From Flavobacterium sp. (GTDB lineage: Bacteria; Bacteroidota; Bacteroidia; Flavobacteriales; Flavobacteriaceae): a stretch of 64,000 nucleotides of DNA. A program made the translations under genes and the position numbers. The stretch is from the NCBI GenBank assembly GCA_044349645.1, contig JBIKQP010000001.1; one strand, given 5' to 3'. Of the stretch, positions 8,950 to 19,123 are shown one piece after another (positions within the stretch are counted from its first letter, which is position 1; the number at the start of each line of letters is the position of its first letter). Below the pieces are notes generated by a model. The model was given only the letters and a program-made list of their open reading frames with translations, had not been told where the DNA came from and ran no database searches.

Positions 8950-11045
8950 GCAGTAACAATATAAATGTCGCTTTAATAGGAAATCCAAATACGGGTAAAA
9001 CCTCTGTTTTTAATGAATTGACAGGTTTGAACCAGCAAGTTGGTAATTACCCCGGAATTACTGTTGAAAAAAAGATTGGTTTTTGTAAATTAACCTCCAA
9101 AATAAAAGCTAATATCCTCGATTTACCCGGGACTTACAGTTTGAATGCCAGTTCAATCGATGAAAATGTGGTGATTGAATTGCTATTAAATAAAAACGAT
9201 AAATTATTTCCCGATGTTGCTCTTGTTGTTACAGATGTTGAAAATTTGAAACGTAATTTACTGCTTTTCACCCAAATTAAAGACCTTGAAATACCTACGA
9301 TATTAGTCATAAATATGGCGGATAGAATGAAATTCAAAGGCATTTCACTCGATATTCCATATTTAGAAGAGCAATTTAAAACAAAAATTGCCTTGATAAG
9401 TACAAGAAATGGAAACGGAATTGAAGAATTGAAAGAGTTAATAATCAATTACAAGTCCCTTTCTACAGAGCCTTGTTTGAATGCATCATCCATAGATCCC
9501 GACTATTTTGAAACGTTACAAAAAACATTTCCAACGCAATTGCTTTATAAATTGTGGCTTGTAATCACTCAGGATGTGAACTTTTTAAATTTGGATAGAA
9601 ATGAAATTCAAAATTCCTATACCAAATCACATTCCGATTTGAAGCGATTGCAACAAAAGGAAACTATAAAAAGATACCAATTTATAAATGACATTTTAAA
9701 AGTTGGACTTACTATCGATTCTTCGATTGCAAAAGATTTTCGAAGCAAATTAGATCGAGTTTTAACACATAAATTTTGGGGTTATTGCATCTTTTTAGGG
9801 ATTTTATTTTTCATTTTTCAATCTATTTTCGAATGGTCGAAAGTCCCAATGGAATTTATAGACACCACTTTTGCAGATCTTAGTTTGTATGCAAGTGAAT
9901 CTCTACCGGCCGGGGTTTTAACCAATTTAATTTCACAAGGAATAATTCCAGGAATTGGGGGAATTTTAATTTTTATACCACAAATAGCTTTCTTATTTAT
10001 GTTTATTTCTATTTTAGAAGAAAGTGGTTACATGAGCCGAGTGGTATTTTTAATGGATAAATTAATGAGAAGGTTTGGCCTTTCGGGGAAAAGCGTTATT
10101 CCATTAATTTCTGGAACTGCTTGTGCTATTCCTGCAATTATGGCTACAAGAAACATTGAAAATTGGAAGGAAAGATTAATTACCATTCTCGTTACGCCAT
10201 TCACCACATGTTCTGCAAGATTACCAGTTTATGCTATTATTATTGCCTTAGTTATTCCTGATACACGAGTTTTTGGAGTTTTCAATTTGCAAGGATTAAC
10301 TTTAATGTTGCTTTATCTTTTGGGATTTGGAATGGCGATTTTCTCAGCTTATATTTTAAATAAAATTCTAAAAATTAAAGGCAAAACATTTTTTGTAGTT
10401 GAAATGCCAAACTATAAATTGCCAATGTTCAAGAATGTCGCTATCAATGTGATTGAAAAAACGCGTTCGTTTATTTTTGGAGCTGGCAAAATAATTCTTG
10501 CCATTTCAATTGTATTATGGTTTTTGGCATCTTATGGTCCAGGAAAGAAATTCAATGATGCCGAGACGATTATTACGGCTGAAAATACAAATAGCACGTT
10601 ATCAAAATTAGAATTGAAGGATAAAGTAGCCGCATATAAATTAGAAAATTCTTACATTGGAATAATGGGAAAAGCGATAGAACCTGCTATTTCACCTTTG
10701 GGTTACGATTGGAAAATTGGGATTGCCATTATCAGTTCATTTGCCGCAAGGGAAGTTTTTGTGGGTACTTTAGCTACTATTTATAGCGTTGGAGATAACG
10801 GAAATGACACTACTATAAAAAACAAAATGGGTGCCGAAATTAACCCTGAAACTGGAGCTAAAATATTCAATTTTGCAACCGGAATTTCATTATTACTTTT
10901 TTATGCTTTTGCCATGCAATGTGCTAGTACCTTGGCGATTACTAAAAAAGAAACTAACACTTGGAAATGGCCTTTGGCACAACTTGTTTTCATGAGTGGA
11001 CTGGCTTATATTGTAGCTTTCCTAGCATTTCAAATTTTAAAATAA
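8946..11045 (+). CDS. feoB: Ferrous iron transport protein B
   Basis: GNPNTGKT, NYPGITVE, DLPGTYSL and NMAD G-motifs. LEESGYMSR and CSARLPVY gate motifs. Confidence 0.97.
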   Translation: MSSNNINVALIGNPNTGKTSVFNELTGLNQQVGNYPGITVEKKIGFCKLTSKIKANILDLPGTYSLNASSIDENVVIELLLNKNDKLFPDVALVVTDVENLKRNLLLFTQIKDLEIPTILVINMADRMKFKGISLDIPYLEEQFKTKIALISTRNGNGIEELKELIINYKSLSTEPCLNASSIDPDYFETLQKTFPTQLLYKLWLVITQDVNFLNLDRNEIQNSYTKSHSDLKRLQQKETIKRYQFINDILKVGLTIDSSIAKDFRSKLDRVLTHKFWGYCIFLGILFFIFQSIFEWSKVPMEFIDTTFADLSLYASESLPAGVLTNLISQGIIPGIGGILIFIPQIAFLFMFISILEESGYMSRVVFLMDKLMRRFGLSGKSVIPLISGTACAIPAIMATRNIENWKERLITILVTPFTTCSARLPVYAIIIALVIPDTRVFGVFNLQGLTLMLLYLLGFGMAIFSAYILNKILKIKGKTFFVVEMPNYKLPMFKNVAINVIEKTRSFIFGAGKIILAISIVLWFLASYGPGKKFNDAETIITAENTNSTLSKLELKDKVAAYKLENSYIGIMGKAIEPAISPLGYDWKIGIAIISSFAAREVFVGTLATIYSVGDNGNDTTIKNKMGAEINPETGAKIFNFATGISLLLFYAFAMQCASTLAITKKETNTWKWPLAQLVFMSGLAYIVAFLAFQILK

Positions 11046-11052
11046 CTACCAA

Positions 11053-11172
11053 ATGGCACAAGAAATAATTGCTTTTATCGCTTTAGGATTGGCGCTGGGT
11101 TATTTAACAAAGAAATTCTTTTTTAAGAAAAGCACCTCTAAAAAGTGCGGTCCAAACGATTGTGGCTGCTAG
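11053..11172 (+). CDS. FeoB-associated Cys-rich small membrane protein (39 aa, not in ORF track)
   Basis: MAQEIIAFIALGLALGYLTKKFFFKKSTSKKCGPNDCGC*, 7 nt after the feoB stop. Confidence 0.85.
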   Translation: MAQEIIAFIALGLALGYLTKKFFFKKSTSKKCGPNDCGC

Positions 11173-11249
11173 TAATTTTTTTATTAACAATCCGTAAAAT
11201 TCTCTTTTTTGAAGTTATACAAAACCAACTTATTCTGTAAGTTTGTAGT

Positions 11250-12524
11250 ATGTATGCTTTAGTCGATTGTAACAATTTTTATGCTTCCTGCGAACGTGTT
11301 TTTCAACCGAAACTCAACGGAAAACCAGTTGTGATATTATCCAATAACGATGGATGTGTGATTTCCAGAAGCAACGAAGCTAAGGCGGCTGGCGTTCCAA
11401 TGGGCGTTCCATTATTTCAAATTAAAGACTTAGTAAAAGAAAAAAACATTGCTGTTTTTTCTTCAAATTATGTGCTATATGGGGATTTAAGTAATCGTGT
11501 AATGAAAATATTAGCACAGTTTACACCCAATTTAGAAATTTATAGCATTGACGAAGCGTTTCTCAATTTTGATGGAATGGCAATTCCAAATTACGATTCG
11601 TATGGAATTGAAATGAAAAGCAGAATTCAAAAATGGGTTGGAATTCCTGTTTGCGTTGGTTTTGCACCTACCAAAGCATTGGCAAAAGTAGCCAACAAAA
11701 TTGCCAAAAAATTTCAAGATCGCACTTCTGGAGTGTACACCATCGATACCGACGAAAAAAGAATTAAAGCCCTGAAATGGACTAAAATTGAAGACGTTTG
11801 GGGCATTGGAAATAGAACAACTAAGAAAGCGAAACTTCGAAATATCAATACCGCTTTCGATTTTATTCAGCCCCATCAAGAGCCTTGGATTCGAAAAGAG
11901 CTTGGCGTGGTAGGGCTTCGTTTAAAATACGAATTGGAAGGAAAATCGGTATTGGAGTTAGAGCCTATTCCAAACGCAAAAAAAAGCATTGCCACAACAA
12001 GAAGTTTTCCAAAACAAATTGCCGATTTCGATTTACTGCGAGAGCGAGTGGCTACTTTTGCTGCTATTTGTGCTGAGAAATTGAGGAACCAAAATTCGTG
12101 TTGTCACACTATTATTGTGATGTTGGTTATCGATAGACATACCGTTAAAACGTCAAAATACTATTTCAACATGGCGGTTACTTTGCCATTTGCAACCAAT
12201 TCTACCTTAACTATTTCCAATATTGCAATAGATATATTAAAAAAATTGCTTCACGGAAATGAAAATGTAAAGTTTAAAAAAGCAGGTGTAATAGTAACCG
12301 AATTCATTCCTGAAGATCAAAAGCAATTCCAATTATTTGAAGAAGAAAACCCGAAACACTTGGCTTTAATGCGATCGATGGATTTTCTGAATAAAAAAAT
12401 GGGCGATAAAAAAGTTAAACTGGCATCACAAAATTTAAATCTTACTTGGAACATGCGACAAAATCATTTGTCTCCAAAATACACTACTAATTTCAACGAT
12501 ATTCTTGAGGTAAAATGTCAATAA
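11250..12524 (+). CDS. umuC: Y-family DNA polymerase V catalytic subunit (UmuC-like)
   Basis: DCNNFYASCE, SNNDGC, YSIDEAF motifs and C-terminal W.MRQ..LSPKYTT. Confidence 0.92.
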   Translation: MYALVDCNNFYASCERVFQPKLNGKPVVILSNNDGCVISRSNEAKAAGVPMGVPLFQIKDLVKEKNIAVFSSNYVLYGDLSNRVMKILAQFTPNLEIYSIDEAFLNFDGMAIPNYDSYGIEMKSRIQKWVGIPVCVGFAPTKALAKVANKIAKKFQDRTSGVYTIDTDEKRIKALKWTKIEDVWGIGNRTTKKAKLRNINTAFDFIQPHQEPWIRKELGVVGLRLKYELEGKSVLELEPIPNAKKSIATTRSFPKQIADFDLLRERVATFAAICAEKLRNQNSCCHTIIVMLVIDRHTVKTSKYYFNMAVTLPFATNSTLTISNIAIDILKKLLHGNENVKFKKAGVIVTEFIPEDQKQFQLFEEENPKHLALMRSMDFLNKKMGDKKVKLASQNLNLTWNMRQNHLSPKYTTNFNDILEVKCQ

Positions 12525-12955
12525 AGAAAAACAACAAACTCACTTTTTTTCTTCCTGATTTTGAAAGTGATTTAAGAATTCCTTTCGTAAAAGAAGGCGT
12601 TTCGGCAGGATTTCCATCTCCAGCTGCCGATTTTATGGAAACAAGTATCGACTTAAATAAAGAGTTAAGCGAAAATCCATTGGCTACTTTTTACATAAAA
12701 GTGAAAGGGAATTCTATGATTGATGCCGGTATAAACGACAAAGATGTGTTAGTTGTTGACCGAAGTTTAGAACCTCAAAACAACAAAATCGCTATTTGTT
12801 TTATAGACGGAGAATTCACCGTAAAGCGAATACTTGTAGAGCAAGATTGCCTTTATTTAATGCCGGAAAATCCTAATTATTCTCCAATAAAAGTGACCGA
12901 AGAAAACCAATTGATTATTTGGGGAATGGTTACCTATGTGATCAAGAAACTGTAG
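12515..12955 (+). CDS. umuD: S24 autoproteolytic subunit (UmuD-like)
   Basis: SAGFPSPAAD cleavage site, GNSM catalytic Ser, FTVKR catalytic Lys. Confidence 0.92.
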   Translation: MSIKKNNKLTFFLPDFESDLRIPFVKEGVSAGFPSPAADFMETSIDLNKELSENPLATFYIKVKGNSMIDAGINDKDVLVVDRSLEPQNNKIAICFIDGEFTVKRILVEQDCLYLMPENPNYSPIKVTEENQLIIWGMVTYVIKKL

Positions 12956-12974
12956 TTACTGAAAAGGTGAAATA

Positions 12975-14771
12975 CTAGTCATTCAACTTCAAAACCGCCA
13001 TAAATGCTTCTTGAGGGATCTCAACGTTTCCAACTAATCGCATTCGTTTTTTACCTTTTTTCTGTTTTTCCAATAATTTGCGTTTACGGGAAATATCACC
13101 ACCGTAACACTTGGCAGTAACGTCTTTACGCAAGGCTTTTATAGTTTCACGAGCAATAATTTTTGCGCCAATTGCTGCTTGAATAGGAATATCAAATTGC
13201 TGTCTTGGGATCAATTCACGAAGTTTTTCACACATTTTTTTACCAATGTTGTACGCATTACTTTCATGAATTAACGCCGAAAGTGCATCTACAGATTGTG
13301 CGTTTAACAACACATCTAGCTTAACTAATTTCGAAGTTCGCATACCAATTGGCGAGTAATCAAAAGAAGCATAACCTTTAGAAACAGTTTTCAATCGATC
13401 GTAAAAATCAAATACTATTTCTGCCAATGGCATATCAAAATTCAATTCTACACGTTCCGTGGTTAAGTACGTTTGATTGGTAATTACCCCTCTTTTTTCA
13501 ATACACAAACTCATTACATTACCCACAAAATCAGCTTTGGTAATTATGGTTGCCTTGATATATGGCTCTTCTACGCGTTCCAATTTCGATGGTTCTGGTA
13601 GATCCGACGGATTATTAACTACAATTGGTGTTTCGGGTTCTTTTTTGGTGTAAGCCAAGTAAGAAACGTTAGGAACCGTCGTAATCACAGTCATATCAAA
13701 CTCACGTTCCAAGCGTTCTTGAATAATTTCCATGTGCAACATTCCTAAGAATCCACAACGGAAACCAAAACCTAAAGCGGCAGAACTTTCAGCAGCAAAA
13801 ACCAATGAAGCATCGTTCAATTGTAATTTTTCCATGGAATTTCGCAATTCCTCAAAATCTTCCGTATCTACAGGATAAATTCCAGCAAAAACCATCGGTT
13901 TCACGTCTTCAAATCCGGTAATCATATTGGTAGTTGGCGTTTTTGCATCAGTTAAAGTATCTCCTACTTTTACTTCTTTTGCTTCTTTTATACCAGAAAT
14001 TAAATAGCCCACATCACCAGCAGAAATAACCTGTTTTGGGACTTGATTTAATTTCAAAGTACCAATTTCATCCGCAAAATACTCGTTTCCGGTAGCCATG
14101 AATTTTATTTTCTGCCCTTTTTTAATTTGTCCGTTTTTCACTCGAAAAATAACTTCAATTCCACGAAAAGGATTGTAGTGTGAGTCAAAAATTAAGGCTT
14201 GTAATGGTTCGTCAACGTTTCCTTTTGGAGGAGGAATTCTTTCAATAATGGCTGCCAAAATATTCTCTACACCCAAACCAGTTTTACCCGAAGCGTGAAT
14301 AATTTCGTCTATTTTACAGCCCAATAAATCCACAATATCATCGCTAACCTCTTCAGGATTAGCACTTGGTAAATCTACTTTATTTAAAACAGGAATAATC
14401 TCTAAGTCGTTTTCAAGCGCTAAATACAAATTAGATATCGTTTGTGCTTGAATACTTTGTGCAGCATCAACAATCAAAAGCGCGCCTTCACAAGCGGCAA
14501 TAGATCGAGAAACTTCATAGGAAAAATCAACGTGGCCGGGAGTATCAATCAAATTCAAAATATAATCTTCGCCTTTGTATTTGTACTCCATTTGAATCGC
14601 GTGACTTTTTATGGTAATCCCACGCTCGCGCTCCAAGTCCATATTATCCAGCAATTGCGCCTTCTCCTCACGAGCCGTAACCGTTTGGGTAGCCCCCAAT
14701 AATCGGTCAGCAAGCGTACTTTTTCCGTGGTCAATGTGTGCAATAATGCAAAAATTCCTTATGTGTTTCAT
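12975..14771 (-). CDS. lepA: Elongation factor 4
   Basis: [42 protein letters not shown]. Confidence 0.99.
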   Translation of the reverse strand: MKHIRNFCIIAHIDHGKSTLADRLLGATQTVTAREEKAQLLDNMDLERERGITIKSHAIQMEYKYKGEDYILNLIDTPGHVDFSYEVSRSIAACEGALLIVDAAQSIQAQTISNLYLALENDLEIIPVLNKVDLPSANPEEVSDDIVDLLGCKIDEIIHASGKTGLGVENILAAIIERIPPPKGNVDEPLQALIFDSHYNPFRGIEVIFRVKNGQIKKGQKIKFMATGNEYFADEIGTLKLNQVPKQVISAGDVGYLISGIKEAKEVKVGDTLTDAKTPTTNMITGFEDVKPMVFAGIYPVDTEDFEELRNSMEKLQLNDASLVFAAESSAALGFGFRCGFLGMLHMEIIQERLEREFDMTVITTVPNVSYLAYTKKEPETPIVVNNPSDLPEPSKLERVEEPYIKATIITKADFVGNVMSLCIEKRGVITNQTYLTTERVELNFDMPLAEIVFDFYDRLKTVSKGYASFDYSPIGMRTSKLVKLDVLLNAQSVDALSALIHESNAYNIGKKMCEKLRELIPRQQFDIPIQAAIGAKIIARETIKALRKDVTAKCYGGDISRKRKLLEKQKKGKKRMRLVGNVEIPQEAFMAVLKLND

Positions 14772-14795
14772 GCTTTGTTAGTGTCAATTTTATTT

Positions 14796-14880
14796 GGCGT
14801 GACCACAAGGGTCGGGCTATTCGCTCTATCTTTTGTTCCGCTTTCGCTACACAAAAGGATGCCGCTTCTATCCCTCACGC
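14796..14880 (+). ncRNA. Structured intergenic element, Flavo-1-like
   Basis: GC-rich with nested helices gcgtga/tcacgc, gacc/ggtc and atcttttgt/acaaaaggat. Resemblance to Flavo-1 is from memory and needs a covariance-model search. Confidence 0.55.
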
Positions 14881-14890
14881 AATTAATTTG

Positions 14891-14898
14891 CAAATATA
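14891..14898 (-). promoter_or_regulatory. Bacteroidota -7 promoter element for lepA
   Basis: TATATTTG on the minus strand (TAnnTTTG). Confidence 0.6.
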
Positions 14899-14997
14899 GT
14901 TTAAATTCAGCACTTTCAAATAGTTGAAATTGGTCTTTATGATATATTCTATTTTCTATTCTCTTAAAACCGCTATCTTTGCAAAAATATTTCAATT

Positions 14998-15990
14998 ATG
15001 CCGAAAATAGGCAACATAATATTACCCGATTTCCCTTTGCTTCTCGCTCCTATGGAAGATGTAAGCGATCCGCCATTTCGTAGATTGTGCAAGCAACACG
15101 GAGCCGATTTAATGTATTCTGAATTTATTTCTTCCGAAGGGTTAATTCGTGATGCTATTAAAAGTCGGATGAAATTGGATATTTTCGATTATGAACGCCC
15201 TGTTGGAATTCAAATTTTTGGCGGTGACGAAGAAGCCATGGCGCTTTCCTCAAAAATTGTTAGCACTGTAAACCCCGATATTATTGATATTAATTTTGGT
15301 TGTCCCGTAAAAAAAGTCGTTTGCAAAGGTGCCGGAGCTGGGGTTCTAAAAGATGTTGATTTGATGATTCGATTAACGCAAGCCGTTATTGATAGTACCG
15401 ATTTACCAGTAACCGTAAAAACGCGTTTGGGCTGGGACGATTCTTCTATAAACATTGATGAGGTTGCGGAACGCTTGCAGGACATTGGCGTGGCAGCCTT
15501 AAGCATTCATGCTAGAACTCGCGCCCAAATGTACAAAGGCCATTCGGACTGGTCGCACATTGCCAGAGTGAAAAATAACCCTAGAATTACCATGCCGATA
15601 TTCGGAAACGGCGACATCGATTCTCCTGAAAAAGCTCTAAAATTTAAAAATGAATATGGTGTTGACGGAATTATGATTGGTCGCGCTGCCATTGGTTACC
15701 CATGGATTTTTAACGAAATAAAACACTATTTAGAAACCGGAGAACATTTAGAAAAACCCACTGTTGTTAACCGCGTGGAAGCAGTTAGAAATCACCTAAC
15801 TTGGGCAATGGATTGGAAAGGCGAAAGACTTGGAATTGTAGAAACCAGACCGCATTATGCCAATTATTTTAAAGGAATTCAATCGTTTAAAGAACACCGT
15901 CAGAAATTAGTAACGCTAAGCACTCCTGAGGAATTATTTGCTGCCTTAAATGAAATTGAAGACGTTTATGCAAATTATCAGTTTGTATAA
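14998..15990 (+). CDS. dusB: tRNA-dihydrouridine synthase B
   Basis: LAPMEDVSD, DINFGCP, HARTR, GNGDI, MIGRAA. Confidence 0.93.
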   Translation: MPKIGNIILPDFPLLLAPMEDVSDPPFRRLCKQHGADLMYSEFISSEGLIRDAIKSRMKLDIFDYERPVGIQIFGGDEEAMALSSKIVSTVNPDIIDINFGCPVKKVVCKGAGAGVLKDVDLMIRLTQAVIDSTDLPVTVKTRLGWDDSSINIDEVAERLQDIGVAALSIHARTRAQMYKGHSDWSHIARVKNNPRITMPIFGNGDIDSPEKALKFKNEYGVDGIMIGRAAIGYPWIFNEIKHYLETGEHLEKPTVVNRVEAVRNHLTWAMDWKGERLGIVETRPHYANYFKGIQSFKEHRQKLVTLSTPEELFAALNEIEDVYANYQFV

Positions 15991-15991
15991 A

Positions 15992-17191
15992 TTATTCCAA
16001 TAACTTTTTACTCACTCGGCTACTCGCAATCAACGAGGCAATAAAGCCCAAAGAGATGATAGTTCCTAAAACAATTACCACATTTTTATACAAGAAATCC
16101 ACAGGATAGGCTAGTGAAGGCGTAATCATAATTACTTCAAATTGCTGTTGGATTAACACCAAAATAACCCCAATTGAAAGTCCAAAAAGTCCACCCAAAA
16201 CACTTAATAATGTTCCTTGAAGTAAGAAAATTTTTCTTAAATCTTTTACTTCTGTACCTAAGTTATAAAGCGTTTTTAAATTACCGCGTTTGTCTAAAAT
16301 CATCATGATAATGGCGCCAGCAAGTGTAAATAACGTTAGAATAATTACAAGGGTAAACAACAAATAAATCGCAGTATTTTCAGTATTGAGCATTTTATAC
16401 AAAGCATCATTGAGTTGCGCTCTGTTTTTAATGGTAATTTTATTGTTGAAGATGCTTTGTAGCTGCTCTTTTACTTTATTTTCATCGGCATTGGGTTTTA
16501 ATTTTAATTCCAATGTCGTGATTTGGTTGGGTTGAAATCCAAGTAATTCTCGAGCCACATCAATATCTGCAAAGACATATTTAGAATCTAAATCTTCACT
16601 TACGGCATAAATTCCCACGGGGTTTAAACCGATTTTTACAAACGCATCGTCAGGATTTTCAATAGTGCCTTTTCCTGGTTTTGGGGCAAATACCTCAAAT
16701 GGATTATTGAAGTCGAAAATTCCAAGCGATAACTTTTGGGAAATTCCAAATCCCACTACTACTTGCGAAGTGTTTGGACTTAGCCATTGTCCGTTGAACA
16801 AGCTTTTTTGAACGTTGCTCACTTTGGTAAAGTCAGCATCTACGCCTTTCAAATAAGAAAATTGTTCTTTGCCATCAAACATAAATAGCGCTCGTTCCTC
16901 CACTATTTTACTGAAAGATGCTATGCCATCAATTGCATTAATTTTTTGCTCTTGTATTGGTGAAATGGTATAGGATTTTCCTAAAGTGCTATTGATTTTT
17001 AAATCGGGATCGAAGTCATTACTGAACGACAAACTGAAATTTACCAACCCGCTAAAAATCGATAATACTACAAATAAAACCATCGAGCTTACAATAATTC
17101 CAAGCGAAGCAATACCATTAATAATGTTGATTGCATTATTTTTATTGGCACTTTTCAGGTAGCGCTTGGCTATGTAATAAGGGAAGTTCAA
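15992..17191 (-). CDS. LolC/E-like (FtsX-family) ABC transporter permease
   Basis: IAKRYL start, one TM + periplasmic domain + three TMs. Confidence 0.85.
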   Translation of the reverse strand: MNFPYYIAKRYLKSANKNNAINIINGIASLGIIVSSMVLFVVLSIFSGLVNFSLSFSNDFDPDLKINSTLGKSYTISPIQEQKINAIDGIASFSKIVEERALFMFDGKEQFSYLKGVDADFTKVSNVQKSLFNGQWLSPNTSQVVVGFGISQKLSLGIFDFNNPFEVFAPKPGKGTIENPDDAFVKIGLNPVGIYAVSEDLDSKYVFADIDVARELLGFQPNQITTLELKLKPNADENKVKEQLQSIFNNKITIKNRAQLNDALYKMLNTENTAIYLLFTLVIILTLFTLAGAIIMMILDKRGNLKTLYNLGTEVKDLRKIFLLQGTLLSVLGGLFGLSIGVILVLIQQQFEVIMITPSLAYPVDFLYKNVVIVLGTIISLGFIASLIASSRVSKKLLE

Positions 17192-17192
17192 T

Positions 17193-17585
17193 TTAGGTTG
17201 CTCTTCGTTTTTCTAAAAGATCGCGGTTTTCGATCGGATTTTCTTTTGCCGCCAAGGCGTTATCAATCTTTTCGATATAGTCTAGGGAATCGTCAATGAA
17301 GAAAGTTAGGTTAGGCACTTTTCTCAATTGCAGTCGAACGCGTTGAGACAAATCGTGTTTTATTAATTTGGTATTGGATTTTATAGCGGCCAATGTTTCT
17401 GCAGCTTTTTCTTGTGGAAAAATACTTAAATGCACGGTTGCAACCGATAAATCAGAAGTCACAACCACTTTTGATACGGAAATAATCAAGTTGGAAATTC
17501 CATTTTTACGAATTTCACCTTGCAAAATATCCACCAAATCGTTTTGGATTACGCCACCTATTTTTTTCTGTCTATTTGTTTCCAT
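17193..17585 (-). CDS. rbfA: 30S ribosome-binding factor A
   Basis: VTSDLSVA and LRKVPNLTFFIDDS motifs. Start moved to METNRQKK (17585), just downstream of a TATTTTTG -7 box. Confidence 0.95.
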   Translation of the reverse strand: METNRQKKIGGVIQNDLVDILQGEIRKNGISNLIISVSKVVVTSDLSVATVHLSIFPQEKAAETLAAIKSNTKLIKHDLSQRVRLQLRKVPNLTFFIDDSLDYIEKIDNALAAKENPIENRDLLEKRRAT

Positions 17586-17676
17586 AGTGCAAAAATACAA
17601 TTTTTTTGAGTTCTAGCGTTTCAAAGGTGCAAAGCGATAAAGTTTTTTATCTTTGTTGGATCAAATTGCATTTAAA

Positions 17677-18078
17677 ATGAGAAAAATTGAACACATTGGA
17701 ATTGCGGTAAACAGCCTTGAAGATTCGAATTTGGTATTCGAAAAACTCTTTGGTGCCCCAGCTTATAAATCGGAAATAGTAGAAAGTGAAGGCGTGAAAA
17801 CTTCCTTTTTTATGAATGGTCCTAACAAAATTGAATTGTTGGAAGCTACGAATCCGGAGAGTCCAATTGCTAAATTCCTAGAAAAAAAGGGTGAAGGCAT
17901 TCATCACATCGCCTTTGATGTGGAAGACATTGTTTCAGAAATAGCGCGATTAAAAGCGGAAGGGTTTGTGGTTTTAAACGAAGTTCCCAAGAAAGGCGCC
18001 GACAACAAACTGGTTGCTTTTCTTCATCCAAAAACCACCAATGGCGTTTTGATTGAGCTTTGTCAAGAAATGAAGTAA
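17677..18078 (+). CDS. mce: Methylmalonyl-CoA epimerase
   Basis: IEHIGIAV, IELLE, GEGIHHIAF, FLHPK..NGVLIELCQ. Confidence 0.93.
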   Translation: MRKIEHIGIAVNSLEDSNLVFEKLFGAPAYKSEIVESEGVKTSFFMNGPNKIELLEATNPESPIAKFLEKKGEGIHHIAFDVEDIVSEIARLKAEGFVVLNEVPKKGADNKLVAFLHPKTTNGVLIELCQEMK

Positions 18079-18178
18079 TTGGATTGAAGGTTTGTATTTA
18101 TTCGGAAAGTAATCCTTAATCCCTTTCAAAAAGATTTGCAGAGAATCAAAAATAGTAGTAATATTGCACCTCGTTAAA

Positions 18179-18252
18179 GGTCCTATAGCTCATTCGGTTA
18201 GAGCAACTGACTCATAATCAGTAGGTGCTTGGTTCGATTCCAAGTGGGACCA
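18179..18252 (+). tRNA. tRNA with CAT anticodon, most likely tRNA-Ile2 (lysidine-modified)
   Basis: Acceptor GGTCCTA/TGGGACC, anticodon arm ACTGA-CTCATAA-TCAGT, T-loop GGTTCGATTCC, discriminator A. CCA not encoded. G1-C72 pair and no GGG/CCC anticodon stem argue against fMet. Confidence 0.93.
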
Positions 18253-18261
18253 CAAGAATTG

Positions 18262-18292
18262 AAAGACTTCACAGCAATGTGAGGTCTTTTTT
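18262..18292 (+). terminator. Intrinsic terminator after the tRNA
   Basis: aaagacttcaca-gcaa-tgtgaggtcttt followed by a T run. Confidence 0.85.
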
Positions 18293-18351
18293 GTTTAAAT
18301 AGTTTGCACAAATTGAAAAAATTAGATTTATGTATTTTAAATATTGTTTTG

Positions 18352-18386
18352 TAAACGTTTAATAGATAAATTCATACGTTAACTAA
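18352..18386 (+). promoter_or_regulatory. Conserved upstream tandem site (LytTR-like), copy 1
   Basis: taaacgtttaatagataaattcatacgttaactaa, 31/35 identical to copy 2. Two ACGTT half-sites 21 nt apart. Confidence 0.65.
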
Positions 18387-18455
18387 GTTTATTGTTTTTA
18401 TTACCTTAATGTAAAAATAGATTATTAGCTTTGAGTTAAATTAATAATAAAAAAA

Positions 18456-19004
18456 ATGAAAATAAAACTTTTAACATTAGCTGCTTTTTTTATTTGTGCC
18501 TTTTATTTGATTCCTCAAAATAGTTATTCTCAAGAGAATGACGCCTTGAATTCGAATAAAATTATCGATTCTCTTTATAAAATTAATCAAAGAAATATTA
18601 TTTTGATTAATCAGATTTCATTTCGTAATAAAGAAAATTTTGAAGGAAATAATTTGGATGTTCTTAACATTGACACAAAGGAGATATATGGATATAATTC
18701 CATGTCTGAAAACACTTTTCTATTCATATCATTTGGTTCTAAAACATTGCCTCTAAAATACAAGTCAGGAGATAAAAAAATCAAAATAAGTGTATTGAGT
18801 CAAAATAAAATAATTGTTAGTAAAAGTTATTTTTGGATGCCAGAATATGATGGAAATTATTACATCTACTTTCCTTTAGAAAGTAAATATTTTAGTTGCA
18901 CTGCTCCAAAAACTACTGTTAAGATAGAATTAATCGAAGATAAAACTAAAGCAATAGTTTCTACTGAAGTTGTCAAATACGACACCTATTGTGAAACAGA
19001 TTAA
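18456..19004 (+). CDS. Hypothetical secreted protein
   Basis: 182-aa ORF with signal peptide, -7 box TAGCTTTG at 18426-18433 and a downstream terminator. Confidence 0.75.
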   Translation: MKIKLLTLAAFFICAFYLIPQNSYSQENDALNSNKIIDSLYKINQRNIILINQISFRNKENFEGNNLDVLNIDTKEIYGYNSMSENTFLFISFGSKTLPLKYKSGDKKIKISVLSQNKIIVSKSYFWMPEYDGNYYIYFPLESKYFSCTAPKTTVKIELIEDKTKAIVSTEVVKYDTYCETD

Positions 19005-19042
19005 TTGCAAAGCCAAAATGGGAATAGCTGTTCTATTAAAAC

Positions 19043-19076
19043 AAAGTTGAGCAAAATCGAATGCTCAACTTTTTTT
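19043..19076. terminator. Intrinsic terminator between convergent islet genes
   Basis: aaagttgagca-N8-tgctcaacttt followed by a T run. Confidence 0.8.
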
Positions 19077-19123
19077 ATTTAATTATTGAATTTTTTGAAA
19101 AAGGAAATTGAGTTTCAATTCTA

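Noticed and set aside
11173-11249. SOS box upstream of umuC
   Set aside because: Only a poor match (cgtaaaattctc) to the GGA-N5-TCC-type Bacteroidota box, and no CTGT-N8-ACAG.
14727-14995. ORFs 14768..14995 (-) and 14727..14927 (+)
   Set aside because: They run across the structured element and the divergent lepA/dusB promoters, and have no protein-like features.
17613-17642. Short caaag repeat (tttcaaaggtgcaaagcgataaag) between rbfA and mce
   Set aside because: Only three degenerate 8-nt units overlapping divergent promoters; too weak to call separately.
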